Source: an uncultured Acidobacteriota bacterium (GTDB lineage: Bacteria; Acidobacteriota; Terriglobia; Acidiferrales; UBA7541). Taken from it: DNA of 64,000 nt. Shown in pieces: positions 39,523 through 49,111 of the stretch. Each line of letters starts with the position of its first letter. Positions within the stretch are counted from its first letter, which is position 1. The stretch is taken from the NCBI GenBank assembly GCA_963823145.1, contig CAWGJZ010000002.1, positions 1,306,462-1,370,461 of the forward strand, written 5' to 3'. The notes beneath the pieces are model-generated. The model searched no databases. It worked only from the letters and a program-made list of their open reading frames with translations, and was not told the origin of the DNA. Position numbers and translations under genes: made by a program.

Positions 39523-40407
39523 TCAGGCGCGCGGATGATGTGCTTTGTATACCTGCTTCAATCGCTCCTCGACCACGTGCGTATAAATTTGTGTCGTCGC
39601 TATGTCGGCATGGCCGAGCATCATCTGGACGGAGCGAAGATCGGCGCCCCGGTCGAGCAAATGAGTTGCGAAGCTGTGCCGAAGCATGTGCGGCGTGATT
39701 GCTTTCCGAAGCGCTGCCTTCCGCCCGTAGGTCCCCAGTGTTTTCCAGAAAGTGATGCGGTGCATCTTCCCGCCTTTCTGATTGAGAAAAAGGCAAGGTG
39801 AGGAACCCTCGCCCAGCAGCTTAGGACGCGATTCGCGCAGATACTTGTCCACGATTGCCAGCGCTCGCTTGCCGACGGGAACCAGCCGCTCCTTGTTGCC
39901 TTTGCCGATGCATCGCAGGCAACCGTCTTCCATCCGTAGGTCCCTTACGCCCAGCCCGCACAGCTCGGAAACCCGCAGCCCGCAGGAATACATCAGCTCG
40001 ATCATGGCCCGGTCGCGCAGCCCCACCACCGTGCTTGTGTCCGGCTGTTCGAGCAGGCGATCCACTTCCGCCAGGCTGAGAAATTCGGGAAGGCTCTGCC
40101 GAAACTTGGGTGATTGGATGGTCGACGCGGGATCTTCCACGATGTATTCTTCCATCAGCGCAAAGCGGAAAAAGTGCCGGATGGTCACGAGATGGCGCGC
40201 TACCGAGCGGCTGTCCAGGCCCTTGCGGTATAGCGAAGCCAGAAATTCCACCACGTGGCTGCGCTCGATGTCGGCCGTCTCCAGATGGCGCTCGCCCGCG
40301 AAAGCCATGAACTTCACCATGTCGCGCCGATAGGCCGCGATGGTGTTTTCCGAAAGGCCTTTCTCAACGCGCAAGCTGTTCACGAACGCTCGAATATTCG
40401 CTTCCAA
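39523..40407 (-). CDS. xerD: site-specific tyrosine recombinase XerD
   Basis: 294 aa. N-terminal SAM-like domain (FVNSLRVEKGLSENTIAAYRRD) and catalytic R...HxxR...Y (HMLRHSFATHLL, GHADIATTQIYTH). Confidence 0.9.
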   Translation of the reverse strand: MEANIRAFVNSLRVEKGLSENTIAAYRRDMVKFMAFAGERHLETADIERSHVVEFLASLYRKGLDSRSVARHLVTIRHFFRFALMEEYIVEDPASTIQSPKFRQSLPEFLSLAEVDRLLEQPDTSTVVGLRDRAMIELMYSCGLRVSELCGLGVRDLRMEDGCLRCIGKGNKERLVPVGKRALAIVDKYLRESRPKLLGEGSSPCLFLNQKGGKMHRITFWKTLGTYGRKAALRKAITPHMLRHSFATHLLDRGADLRSVQMMLGHADIATTQIYTHVVEERLKQVYKAHHPRA

Positions 40408-40530
40408 GATTTTTTATCCTCAACTCTCGCTGCTGCCGGCCGCGCCTATGATTTGTTCCCGTCTCGGGTTCACGTAGCTCACCCCGCCTTCACGGGGTGA
40501 GGGTGTTCGGCTCAGGGCTGACGCTCCAAG

Positions 40531-42147
40531 CTACGCGGCCCGAACCCTCCCGCGCCGAAGCAGCAGGAAAACTTCCCGAAGCTCGCCGCAACGAAAAACC
40601 CACGCCAATACCAAATAGGCCGCGGCTGAGGCCGCGATCATTGCAGCGAGCAGCCCCGCTTGCGCCGTCAGATGGCGCGCTTCCGGGAAATGCGACAAAC
40701 CCAATATGGCGTAACAGGCCGCCCCCATCGCCGCGGCGCAAACCGAAATCTTCGCCAGAGATCGAAGTAGCACGTGCCCGTTCAAACGCCCGTGGCGCTT
40801 GCGAAACAGGAAATAGAGAGCGGCGAAATTGAAGTACGCCGTAAGCGAACTCGCCAGCGCCGGGCTTCCGTTGGAAAGCTCGCGAAATAGAAACAGCAAA
40901 AACACTGAATTGAGAAGGATGTTCAGCCCCAGTGCATAAGCGCCCACGAGCGCCGGCGTGGCCGTATCTTGAGCCGAGTAGTACATCGGCGTAATGATTC
41001 TGATGGCCGCGAAAGCGGGCAGCCCCAACGCGTAAAAGAGAAGGGCGTGGGCGGTAAGCGACGTCGAGACCGGATTGAATAGCCCGTGTTGGAAAAGCAC
41101 CTGGATGATCGGGCGGCGCAGCAGAAACAGTCCCACGGCGGCCGGAATAGTGATGAATGACACGATTCGCAGGGAGAAGCCAAAAGTGTCCTTGATCTGC
41201 TCGCCTTCTCCTGCGGCCTGCTGATGGGACATTGCCGGCAAAAGAGCCGTGGACATCGCAATCGCGTAGCTTCCCAAAACCAGTTGCATCACCCGATCTC
41301 CCAGGTAGAGCGAGGTGACGCTGCCCGCTGGCATTCGGGAAGACGTGGCAAAAATTGTGTCCACAAAAATGTTGATCTGATACACGCCCATGCCGAAAAA
41401 GCTCGGCCCCATCAGCCGCGCCACTTTGCGCACGCCCGGATCCGAGAACGAAAATTTGGGCGCGAAACTCATTCCGCGCCGAATCAGCGCTGGAATCTGC
41501 ACGGCAAGTTGTAAAATGCCCCCGAGCAAAACGCCTACCGCAAGCGCGACGGCCGGACCGCGGAATCCCCCGGGGATCCACCGCAGCAGCGGGCGATAGA
41601 CCACCCCGATGGAGCATGCGATCAGGCCGATGTTGAAGAAGACCGACGATGCCGCCGGCACCGCGAAAGCGCCAAGGCTGTTGAGGATTGCGGCCGCCAC
41701 TGCGGCTAGCCCGATGAAAAAGATTGCCGGGAAAATAATCCGATTCAGATGGGTGGCCAGATCCCACGCCGAGCCATTCGCTCCGAGAAATGTGTATAAG
41801 CCAATAACTTGGCGCGATAAAATTGCCCCTAGGGCCGCCGCGGCCGCCAGGAAAAGCGCCAGATCCCAAAACGCCCTTTCCGCGAATGTCCACGTCTCGC
41901 GAGCGCTGCTCTTCCGAAGGTATCCCGTGAACACGGGAATGAAGGAAGCGCCGAGCGACCCCTCCCCCATCATGCGGCGCACGAGTCCGGGTATCCGGAA
42001 GGCCAGGACGAAAGCGTCGGCCGCGGGGGATGTGCCGAGGAGGAGAGTTACCCGTTGATCGCGTAAGTATCCGCAAATGCGGCTGATAATGGTGACGAAG
42101 GCGACGACGGAGGCCGATCGTAGGATTTGTCCTTTGCTTTCGATCAG
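40531..42147 (-). CDS. murJ: lipid II flippase MurJ
   Basis: Multi-TM MOP-family protein. The ORF track starts at GTG 41982, but the in-frame upstream segment encodes the conserved MurJ N-terminus (ILRSASVVAFVTIISRICGYLRDQ...AADAFVLAFRIPGLVRR). There is no ATG/GTG/TTG between the upstream TAA (42169-42171) and 41982. CTG 42147, preceded by GGAG, is proposed as the start and is uncertain. Confidence 0.85.
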   Translation of the reverse strand: MIESKGQILRSASVVAFVTIISRICGYLRDQRVTLLLGTSPAADAFVLAFRIPGLVRRMMGEGSLGASFIPVFTGYLRKSSARETWTFAERAFWDLALFLAAAAALGAILSRQVIGLYTFLGANGSAWDLATHLNRIIFPAIFFIGLAAVAAAILNSLGAFAVPAASSVFFNIGLIACSIGVVYRPLLRWIPGGFRGPAVALAVGVLLGGILQLAVQIPALIRRGMSFAPKFSFSDPGVRKVARLMGPSFFGMGVYQINIFVDTIFATSSRMPAGSVTSLYLGDRVMQLVLGSYAIAMSTALLPAMSHQQAAGEGEQIKDTFGFSLRIVSFITIPAAVGLFLLRRPIIQVLFQHGLFNPVSTSLTAHALLFYALGLPAFAAIRIITPMYYSAQDTATPALVGAYALGLNILLNSVFLLFLFRELSNGSPALASSLTAYFNFAALYFLFRKRHGRLNGHVLLRSLAKISVCAAAMGAACYAILGLSHFPEARHLTAQAGLLAAMIAASAAAYLVLAWVFRCGELREVFLLLRRGRVRAA

Positions 42148-42260
42148 CGGGGCTCCAGCGCTAACCCTTTAAGCACCAACGAGTTGACAAATGCCGAGAC
42201 AAAGATAACATAGTCCGCGAGAACATAGCAACGCCTCCGTGCCAGAAAAGGTCTAGCGGC

Positions 42261-42767
42261 GTGAAAAAACGTGATCCAGCGTCGGCTCTCAAGAAGGTGG
42301 TGGTGCTCCTTCTGGACCGGTCAACCCTTAAGGGATATCTCGACGCGAGGACGCTCGGCCGTTCCGAGGTGATGGACCTCCTGACACCCGACGGGGAACA
42401 CCATTCCGTCCAACTTCAAGACATAAAATCAGTGTATTTCGTACGAGAGTTCGGCGATTCCTTCGAACCGGAGCGCAAGGCCTTCCTTAGTCGCCCGAAA
42501 ATAGACGGTTTGTGGGTTCGGCTGCGATTCCAGGACGAGGACGTAATGGAAGGCATTGTTTCCAATGACTTGATCGAGCTCCTGGACGGTGGAGTCCGGT
42601 TGACACCCCCTGATCTGCACGGGAACGTGTTGCACATGTTTGTCCCGCGGACGGCGCTGGCCGAGGTAAAGGTCCTGGGGGTGGTCGGCGCGGCGCGACG
42701 AACGCCCCGAGCTACCCGCGAAATAGCTGCCGTCCTGGAAGCACAATCCAAGCTTTTCAGCGAGTGA
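42261..42767 (+). CDS. conserved hypothetical protein
   Basis: 168 aa with a GTG start and coding-like composition (KKVVVLLLDRSTLKGYLD...VYFVREFG...). No family confidently recognised. Confidence 0.6.
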   Translation: MKKRDPASALKKVVVLLLDRSTLKGYLDARTLGRSEVMDLLTPDGEHHSVQLQDIKSVYFVREFGDSFEPERKAFLSRPKIDGLWVRLRFQDEDVMEGIVSNDLIELLDGGVRLTPPDLHGNVLHMFVPRTALAEVKVLGVVGAARRTPRATREIAAVLEAQSKLFSE

Positions 42768-42798
42768 ACCGCGCCTAAACCTGCCTAAAGTTGTTTCC

Positions 42799-42818
42799 AG
42801 TTAGAATTCTAGTTAGAA
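42799..42818. promoter_or_regulatory. candidate operator: AGTTAGAA direct repeat embedding a TAGAATTCTA palindrome
   Basis: AGTTAGAATTCTAGTTAGAA lies about 105 bp upstream of the MocR/PdxR-like regulator gene. MocR regulators typically bind combinations of direct and inverted repeats. Assignment is speculative. Confidence 0.3.
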
Positions 42819-42921
42819 GCATCTTCACAGCAAACTCGAAGGACCTCTTGCGGTGGCACGGTCCAAATTGGCTCTTTACAGGCTGCTGATGTACTCTATA
42901 TTGGCCTGAAGGAAGGAGCCA

Positions 42922-44460
42922 ATGTTACCGCTTCATTTGCAGCCAGAAAGCCACATTCCACTGTACGTGCAATTGCGCGATCAGCTTCGCGGGCTGGTGC
43001 ATTCCGGCGAACTTCAAACGGGCGACCGTATCCCCGCGAGCAGGGAACTGGCCGTGCAGCTTGGCGTCCATCGAACCACGGTGGCCAACGCTTATGCCGA
43101 ACTCGAATCAGAGGGACTGATTCAAGGACATGTGGGCCGAGGGACGTTTATTTGCGGTTTGCCGCTGAAACAATTTTCACCCGCGCCGCGCACGAACGGA
43201 AACGGAGGCCCTGCGCGATGGGATGCGCTTTTCGCGGACGAGCGAGGAGACGAAGGGCTGAGCCGCCTGATGCCGGAAGTGCCCGCGGGCGCCATCGCTT
43301 TTACTGGCGCGCGCCCCTCGGAGGAATCTTTTCCACTGGAGGAATTTCGGCGCTGCACCAACGCGGTCCTCAAACGAGAGGGGCGGCGAATTCTGCAATT
43401 CGGAGCGACGGAAGGCTATGAGCCGTTGCGCCGCGCGCTGATCGAATGGTTTCGCAGCGAAGGGCTGAACGTAAAAGAGGAGCAACTTCTAATAACGGAC
43501 GGCGCCCAGCAGGCGATCGATCTGGTGTGCAAAGCGTTCATCCGGGCGGGCGATTCGGTTGCGCTGGAAAATCCGGCCTATCCGGGAGCCATTTCGATTT
43601 TGACGGGCGCGCGCGCCCGGATGCTGGCGGTGCCCGTCGAGACGGACCCCGAACGCTCGAGCTACGCGGGACTGGATGTGGACGCGCTTGAAAACATCCT
43701 GTTGCAGAATCGCGTGAAGTTTATTTTCGTCACGCCGGATTTTCACAATCCCACCGGCACGGCCATGCCGGCGCCTCGGCGGCGGAGGTTGATCGAGATA
43801 GCGGCGCGCTATCAGGTCCCTATCATCGAGGACAGCATCTACGCGCGCACGCGCGTGCGCGGGAGCGCGCTGCCGTCGCTCCGATCGCTCGACGTTCATG
43901 GCAACGTGATACAAATTGACAGCTTTTCGAAAATCGCGTTCCCCGGCTTGCGCGTTGGCTGGTGTATTGGAGCGCCGAGCGCGATTGAGCGGCTGCGACT
44001 CGTGAAGCAGTCGACGGACCTGCACACCGACCAACTATCGCAAGCGGCTCTGGGGGAGTTTATCAGCCGCGGGCACCTGACGCGCCATCTCGCGAAAATG
44101 AAGAAAGTGCATCTGAGCCGGCTGGAGGCCATGGAAGCAGCGCTTGAGAAGCATATGCCGGAGCGAACGATGTGGACGCGGCCGGAAGGCGGGATGGCGG
44201 TGTGGGTGACGCTGCCGGCGGGATTCGATGCCGGCGATTTGCTGATTCATGCGCGAGAGCGCGGGGTTTATTTTATCCCTGGGCGACACTTTTATTCGCA
44301 AAGTCCGCGAGCGAATACGCTGCGCCTGGGATTTTCAAGCGTGGACGAAAAAAATATTACTCGGGGCGTCGAAGTGTTTTGCGATGTGGTGAAGGAAGAA
44401 CTTCTCAAGCGGCAGCGGGGTGTTCGCGATGAGGTACGGGCGCGGGTGGCGCTAGTCTAG
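42922..44460 (+). CDS. MocR/PdxR-type regulator (GntR HTH + class I aminotransferase-like domain)
   Basis: N-terminal GntR winged helix (PLYVQLRDQLRGLVHSGELQTGDRIPASRELAVQLGVHRTTVANAY) plus an aminotransferase fold of about 380 aa (SFSKIAFPGLRVGW, PLP Lys). Confidence 0.9.
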   Translation: MLPLHLQPESHIPLYVQLRDQLRGLVHSGELQTGDRIPASRELAVQLGVHRTTVANAYAELESEGLIQGHVGRGTFICGLPLKQFSPAPRTNGNGGPARWDALFADERGDEGLSRLMPEVPAGAIAFTGARPSEESFPLEEFRRCTNAVLKREGRRILQFGATEGYEPLRRALIEWFRSEGLNVKEEQLLITDGAQQAIDLVCKAFIRAGDSVALENPAYPGAISILTGARARMLAVPVETDPERSSYAGLDVDALENILLQNRVKFIFVTPDFHNPTGTAMPAPRRRRLIEIAARYQVPIIEDSIYARTRVRGSALPSLRSLDVHGNVIQIDSFSKIAFPGLRVGWCIGAPSAIERLRLVKQSTDLHTDQLSQAALGEFISRGHLTRHLAKMKKVHLSRLEAMEAALEKHMPERTMWTRPEGGMAVWVTLPAGFDAGDLLIHARERGVYFIPGRHFYSQSPRANTLRLGFSSVDEKNITRGVEVFCDVVKEELLKRQRGVRDEVRARVALV

Positions 44461-44465
44461 CGGGA

Positions 44466-44948
44466 ATGGGTGAGCGAATGCTGCTAAAACCGAATCCGAC
44501 AAATCATTGCTTTGGCTGCGGAGGCGCTAACGCGCGGGGCATGCAGTTGACCTTTGAGCAGGACGACGAGGCGCGCCAAATTCGCGGGATCATGCGTTTG
44601 GGAGCCGAATATCAAGGCGGAGTGGGATTCGTGCATGGCGGAATTGTTGCGACGCTGCTGGACGAAGTGATGGCCAAGGTGAACCGCTTCGGCCAGGACT
44701 ACGCGGTGACCGCGCAGCTCACGGTGGAATACTTGAAGCCGGTGCCGGTCGACGAAGAATTGATCGTGAATGGATGGGAAGTGGAACGCGACGGGCGCAA
44801 CCTTCTTCGTGAAGGCGAGATTCGCGATGCTTCGGGCGTGCTTCTGGCACGGGGAAAAGGACGGTTCGTCGCAATTGATCCCAAGAAATTCCGACCGGGG
44901 ATTGCGACGGCGGATGCAAGCGAGCGAGCGGACGGCAAACGAATTTAG
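44466..44948 (+). CDS. PaaI-family hotdog-fold thioesterase
   Basis: 160 aa. CFGCG...GFVHGGIVATLLDEVM is the typical PaaI/YbgC-like hotdog pattern. Confidence 0.8.
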   Translation: MGERMLLKPNPTNHCFGCGGANARGMQLTFEQDDEARQIRGIMRLGAEYQGGVGFVHGGIVATLLDEVMAKVNRFGQDYAVTAQLTVEYLKPVPVDEELIVNGWEVERDGRNLLREGEIRDASGVLLARGKGRFVAIDPKKFRPGIATADASERADGKRI

Positions 44949-45004
44949 ATTCGCAAAAGCTTCCGGCACGGATTCGAATCGTCCGGGAGAAAAGGTGAAC
45001 GATC

Positions 45005-45898
45005 ATGGAAGCGATGAACGGAAATAGTCTGTGGCGCGTAAAAGTGGGACTGGCGGAAATGCTGAAGGGTGGCGTGATCATGGACGTCACCAATGCCCAG
45101 CAAGCGAAGATCGCCGAAGAGGCGGGCGCTTGCTCGGTGATGGCGCTGGAACGCGTGCCGTCGGATATTCGCAAAGAAGGCGGCGTGGCGCGCATGGCCT
45201 CACCGCGCGTGATCCGCGAAATCATGGATACGGTTTCGATTCCGGTAATGGCCAAGGTGCGTATAGGACACTTTGCGGAGGCGCAGGTTCTGGAAGCGCT
45301 GGAAGTGGATTACATCGACGAAAGCGAAGTGCTGACGCCAGCCGACGAAGAACACCACGTGTGGAAGCATGGATTCAAGGTGCCGTTCGTTTGCGGCGCG
45401 CGGAATCTCGGAGAAGCCTTGCGGCGCATCGGCGAGGGCGCGGCCATGATTCGCACCAAGGGCGAGGCCGGCTCGGGCAACATCGTGGAAGCAGTGCGGC
45501 ACATGCGCGCGATTGTGGGTCACATGAAGAAGCTCACGACGATGGGCGAGGAAGAGCTGATGCATGAAGCGAAGGAGCTGGGCGCGCCATTCGAGCTGGT
45601 TCAGTGGGTGGCGAAAAACGGAAAGCTGCCGGTGCCGAATTTTTCGGCGGGCGGCATTGCTACTCCGGCTGACGCCGCGCTGGTGATGCAGCTTGGAGCT
45701 GAAGCGGTATTTGTAGGCTCAGGAATTTTCAAGTCAACCGATCCGGCGGAGCGGGCGCGGGCGATTGTTAAAGCCACCACGCATTACAAAGATCCGAAAG
45801 TGGTGCTGGAGGCGTCCGAAGAGCTTGGCGAGGCGATGAAGGGGCTGGACGTGAGGCAGATGGACGAGAAGGATTTGCTGCAGACGCGGGGATGGTGA
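45005..45898 (+). CDS. pdxS: pyridoxal 5'-phosphate synthase, lyase subunit
   Basis: [28 protein letters not shown] and TKGEAGSGN are highly conserved PdxS motifs. Confidence 0.95.
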   Translation: MEAMNGNSLWRVKVGLAEMLKGGVIMDVTNAQQAKIAEEAGACSVMALERVPSDIRKEGGVARMASPRVIREIMDTVSIPVMAKVRIGHFAEAQVLEALEVDYIDESEVLTPADEEHHVWKHGFKVPFVCGARNLGEALRRIGEGAAMIRTKGEAGSGNIVEAVRHMRAIVGHMKKLTTMGEEELMHEAKELGAPFELVQWVAKNGKLPVPNFSAGGIATPADAALVMQLGAEAVFVGSGIFKSTDPAERARAIVKATTHYKDPKVVLEASEELGEAMKGLDVRQMDEKDLLQTRGW

Positions 45899-45963
45899 AG
45901 AGGCAGTGGCTAGAAGTGAGTGAGTGTGGTTGCCGCGACACTCTCGGGTGCGCAAGGTTGCAG

Positions 45964-46040
45964 CACGTCCGGGCTAGCCCGGACGGCAAACAGCAAGAGC
46001 CCCTCGAGGTTCAGGGTAAACAAGCTCCCGCACTCCACAT
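45964..46040 (+). repeat. REP-like element, family B, copy 1
   Basis: CACGTCCGGGCTAGCCCGGACGG...CAAGCTCCCGCACTCCACAT. It has a CCGGGC/GCCCGG hairpin plus a 20-nt block identical to 56311-56330. Located between pdxS and pdxT. Confidence 0.75.
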
Positions 46041-46093
46041 CAGGCGCCGGCGGACGCGAGGCGGATGGCAAGCAAGTAGCCAAGTACGTTTGC

Positions 46094-46113
46094 CGGGCAC
46101 GATGTATCGTGCC
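46094..46113. repeat. palindromic hairpin element GGGCACGAT-GT-ATCGTGCCC
   Basis: Perfect 9-bp inverted repeat in the pdxS-pdxT spacer. Only one copy is seen in this window. Confidence 0.6.
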
Positions 46114-46153
46114 CCTACGGAAACAGGGATGGTGATTGCGAATTGGTGAGGCG

Positions 46154-46717
46154 ATGAAAGTTGGGATTGTTGCGATACAGGGGGATTACGAGGCGCACGG
46201 GCGCGTGCTCGAGCGGCTTGGTGTCGAGCATCGTTTCGTGCGGCGACCGGACGAGCTTCTTGGGCTGGCTGGCGTCATCCTTCCAGGAGGCGAGAGCAGC
46301 ACGCATTTGAAGGTCATGACCGAGGAGGGACTCTTCGACGCGCTGAAGCAGTTTGCCGCGGATGGCGGGGCGTTCTTCGGAACTTGCGCAGGTGCGATTT
46401 TGCTGGCACGCGAGGTGCATGGGCCGGCGCAAAAATCGCTTGGGCTGCTCGATATTTCGATTTTGCGGAATGGTTACGGGCGGCAGCTTGCGAGCGACGT
46501 TCATCTGGGGCCGACGAAGTTGCGCAAGGAACCCTTGGAGATGGTTTTTATCCGCGCGCCGATTATTGAATCCACCGGCGAGGGAATCGAAGTTCTTGCG
46601 GAAGATGCTGGGCATCCGGTGCTTGTTCAACAAGGCCGCGTGCTGGCTGCGACTTTTCACCCCGAGTTAACGGATGACACCGCCGTTCACGAACATTTCA
46701 TCAGCGGCTTGAAATGA
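46154..46717 (+). CDS. pdxT: pyridoxal 5'-phosphate synthase, glutaminase subunit
   Basis: MKVGIVAIQGDYEAH...LPGGESS...GTCAG (catalytic Cys)...FHPE. Start set to ATG 46154, preceded by GGTGAGG. Confidence 0.93.
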   Translation: MKVGIVAIQGDYEAHGRVLERLGVEHRFVRRPDELLGLAGVILPGGESSTHLKVMTEEGLFDALKQFAADGGAFFGTCAGAILLAREVHGPAQKSLGLLDISILRNGYGRQLASDVHLGPTKLRKEPLEMVFIRAPIIESTGEGIEVLAEDAGHPVLVQQGRVLAATFHPELTDDTAVHEHFISGLK

Positions 46718-46860
46718 CCCCCCGGACGACGACCGCAGTGTGTCCTCTGTGGTAATTCCAAGAGAGATTCTTCGACTGCGTGCGCCGACGTTCGCTAGAA
46801 AGCGCGAACGAAATACAAGGATCGGCGCACTCCGCTCAGAATGACGGATTGGCGACGGGC

Positions 46861-48174
46861 CTAGTCGTAATATTCCGCGCCGAGGTGGGTGATTAGGTCT
46901 TCGCCCATCATCCAGCGGAGAGTGTTTTTCAATTTCATCAGCTGGATGAAGAGGTCGTGCTCGGGATAGACGGTGCGCGCGCACATGGGAGACTTGAAAT
47001 AGAAGCTGAGCCATTCCTGAATTCCGCGCATGCCGGCGCGTTTGGCTAAATCGAAAAACAGCGCCAGGTCCAAAACGATCGGCGCGGCCAGGATCGAATC
47101 GCGACAGAGGAAATCCACTTTGATCTGCATCGGATAGCCGAGCCAGCCGAAAATATCGATGTTGTCCCAACCTTCTTTGTTGTCGCGGCGCGGCGGATAG
47201 TAGTTAATCCGCACCTTGTGATAAATCTTGCCGTAGAGGTCAGGATAAATATCGGGCTGCAGAATATATTCGAGCGCGCCCAGTTTCGATTCTTCCTTGG
47301 TTTTGAACGAGCCCGGATCGTCAAGCACCTCGCCATCGCGATTTCCCAAAATATTCGTGGAGAACCATCCATGCAGGCCCAGCATGCGGGCCTTGAAGGC
47401 GGGCGCGAGAACGGTTTTCATCAAAGTCTGGCCGGTTTTGAAATCCTTGCCGCCAATGGGGACATTTTTTGCTTTGGCGTAATCCTCGAGCGCGGGAATA
47501 TCCACGGTGAGATTCGGCGCGCCGTTGGCGAAGGGAACGCCTTCGCTGATGGCCGCGTAGGCATAGAGCATGGAAGGCGCAATCGAAGGATGATTCGTCT
47601 TCATGGCCTTCTCGAAGGATTGCAAATCTTTGTGGACGTCTTCGGGCTTCAAGAAAACTTCCGTGGAGGCGCACCAGACCATCACCAAGCGGTCGAGTTT
47701 GTTCTTCTTTTTGAAGTTGCGGATGTCTTCGCGGATTTGCTCAGCGAGATCGAATTTTGTTTTGCCCTTCTTTACGTGAGTGCCGTGAAGGTTTTTCACA
47801 TAGTTCTGGTCGAATGCGGCTTTCATGGGGCGAATGGTCTTCAGAAATTTCTCAGCTTTGGCGAGATCGCGTGCGTCGAGAACTCCAGCCTTGGTGGCAG
47901 CTTGATGCGCGTTGTCGGGAAAAACGTCCCAACCGCCGAATACCAGGTCGTCGAGTTCAGCGAGCTTCACGAAATCTTTAATGCGCGGGATGCGGTTTTC
48001 CGTCCGCTTGCCGAGTCGAACGGTGCCCATTTGCGTGAGCGAGCCGACCGGCGCGGAATGGCCCCGGCGAACGAGCTCGACGCCCGCCATTAATGTGGTG
48101 CTCACGGCTCCCATGCCAGGGGTCAAGATCCCCAATTTTCCTTTTGGCGGAGCAATGCTTACCGGCCTGCGCAT
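46861..48174 (-). CDS. inositol-3-phosphate synthase
   Basis: 437 aa. GILTPGMGAVSTTLMAG Rossmann start, then conserved NGAPNL and SILAAPIVLDL blocks typical of bacterial/archaeal MIPS. Confidence 0.9.
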   Translation of the reverse strand: MRRPVSIAPPKGKLGILTPGMGAVSTTLMAGVELVRRGHSAPVGSLTQMGTVRLGKRTENRIPRIKDFVKLAELDDLVFGGWDVFPDNAHQAATKAGVLDARDLAKAEKFLKTIRPMKAAFDQNYVKNLHGTHVKKGKTKFDLAEQIREDIRNFKKKNKLDRLVMVWCASTEVFLKPEDVHKDLQSFEKAMKTNHPSIAPSMLYAYAAISEGVPFANGAPNLTVDIPALEDYAKAKNVPIGGKDFKTGQTLMKTVLAPAFKARMLGLHGWFSTNILGNRDGEVLDDPGSFKTKEESKLGALEYILQPDIYPDLYGKIYHKVRINYYPPRRDNKEGWDNIDIFGWLGYPMQIKVDFLCRDSILAAPIVLDLALFFDLAKRAGMRGIQEWLSFYFKSPMCARTVYPEHDLFIQLMKLKNTLRWMMGEDLITHLGAEYYD

Positions 48175-48277
48175 TCAATTTCCCCCTGACTCGTTCGAAA
48201 AATGCCGCGCCGGGTTTTACCGCGGCTTCGGAGCGCGTCTCACCCTAAGCGGCGCGCTGGTTGGAACGGAGCACAGC

Positions 48278-49111
48278 ATGATGCGGCATCCAGCATTCTT
48301 TTGCAAACCGAATCCAAAGCGCGCTAATCTTGATTCAGGGTTTATGCGCCGTCAGCAGCTTGGGAGCGGCGAAGCGCATCCACAATTTATGAGAAGCGAT
48401 CGCGAGAGTGCATGGCTCTCAAAAGCATTCAAGGCAGCCGCGGCCGGCGGTTTCGAGCGGGCCTACCAACAGGTCCGAGTGGATCAGGGAAAATATCTGC
48501 GGCATTTGCAGCGCGCACACCGGCTGCCCGTTCAGTCATGGGAGGAAATGCTTCTGCTCGGGCCGGAGGTTTTGAATCCGATTGCTCGACGGACCGTTTC
48601 CGGCGCATCGAAAATGGCCGCGCTTGAAGGAATGGGGCTGGGACTCGGCGGTTTTTTGAGCGTTGTGCCGGACATGGGGATTCTTTCCGCGATTACGCTG
48701 CGGATGATGCAGAAACTGAGTTTGCTCTACGGGTTCGATTACGCCACCGAAGACGAGATGGTCGCGCTGTGGATGGCGACAGCCAGCGCGGCCGGGTTGG
48801 ACTTGGGGCGCGATTTCGTCGAGAAGCAGGCGATGGAGCGCCTGGTGCCGCGAATCATCGACCGGATTGCGGTGAAAGTGGGAACCGAGATCGCCGAAAA
48901 ATGGGCGGCGCGAATTATTCCCGTACTGAGTGCCGGAGCGGGAGGCGCGATCAACTATTATTTCGTGCGAGCCTGGGGGCGGCGCGCGCAAAGACATTTT
49001 CTCACGCGGCATTATTCCGCGGCCTCACAGCGTGGCCTCGTGGTAGCGAGCCGCGCTTCGTCTCGCGCTCAACTTCCACCGGTTGCGATTAGCAGCAGCG
49101 CGATTTCTTAG
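48278..49111 (+). CDS. EcsC family protein
   Basis: Conserved EcsC-like core (ALEGMGLGLGGFLSVVPDMGILSAITLRMMQKLSLLYGFDY...GAINYYFVRAWGRRAQRHF). The ORF-track 5' part (47912-48277) overlaps INO1 on the opposite strand and was rejected. ATG 48278 has a GGAG upstream; 48344 and 48389 are alternatives. Confidence 0.75.
   Translation: MMRHPAFFCKPNPKRANLDSGFMRRQQLGSGEAHPQFMRSDRESAWLSKAFKAAAAGGFERAYQQVRVDQGKYLRHLQRAHRLPVQSWEEMLLLGPEVLNPIARRTVSGASKMAALEGMGLGLGGFLSVVPDMGILSAITLRMMQKLSLLYGFDYATEDEMVALWMATASAAGLDLGRDFVEKQAMERLVPRIIDRIAVKVGTEIAEKWAARIIPVLSAGAGGAINYYFVRAWGRRAQRHFLTRHYSAASQRGLVVASRASSRAQLPPVAISSSAIS

Noticed and set aside
39523-40407. Tyrosine recombinase as a marker of an integrated mobile element
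   Set aside because: The sequence matches the housekeeping XerD layout. It is flanked by core genes (murJ, the nucleotidyltransferase-ybeY-corC block) with no phage or IS genes and no att-like repeats seen.
40490-42076. 528-aa ORF on the same strand as murJ in another frame
   Set aside because: It has Arg/Gly/Pro-rich junk composition. The alternative frame encodes a clear multi-TM MurJ.
47912-48277. 5' part of the 399-aa ORF containing the EcsC domain
   Set aside because: It overlaps the inositol-3-phosphate synthase gene on the opposite strand and has no EcsC similarity. An internal ATG 48278 with GGAG upstream fits better.
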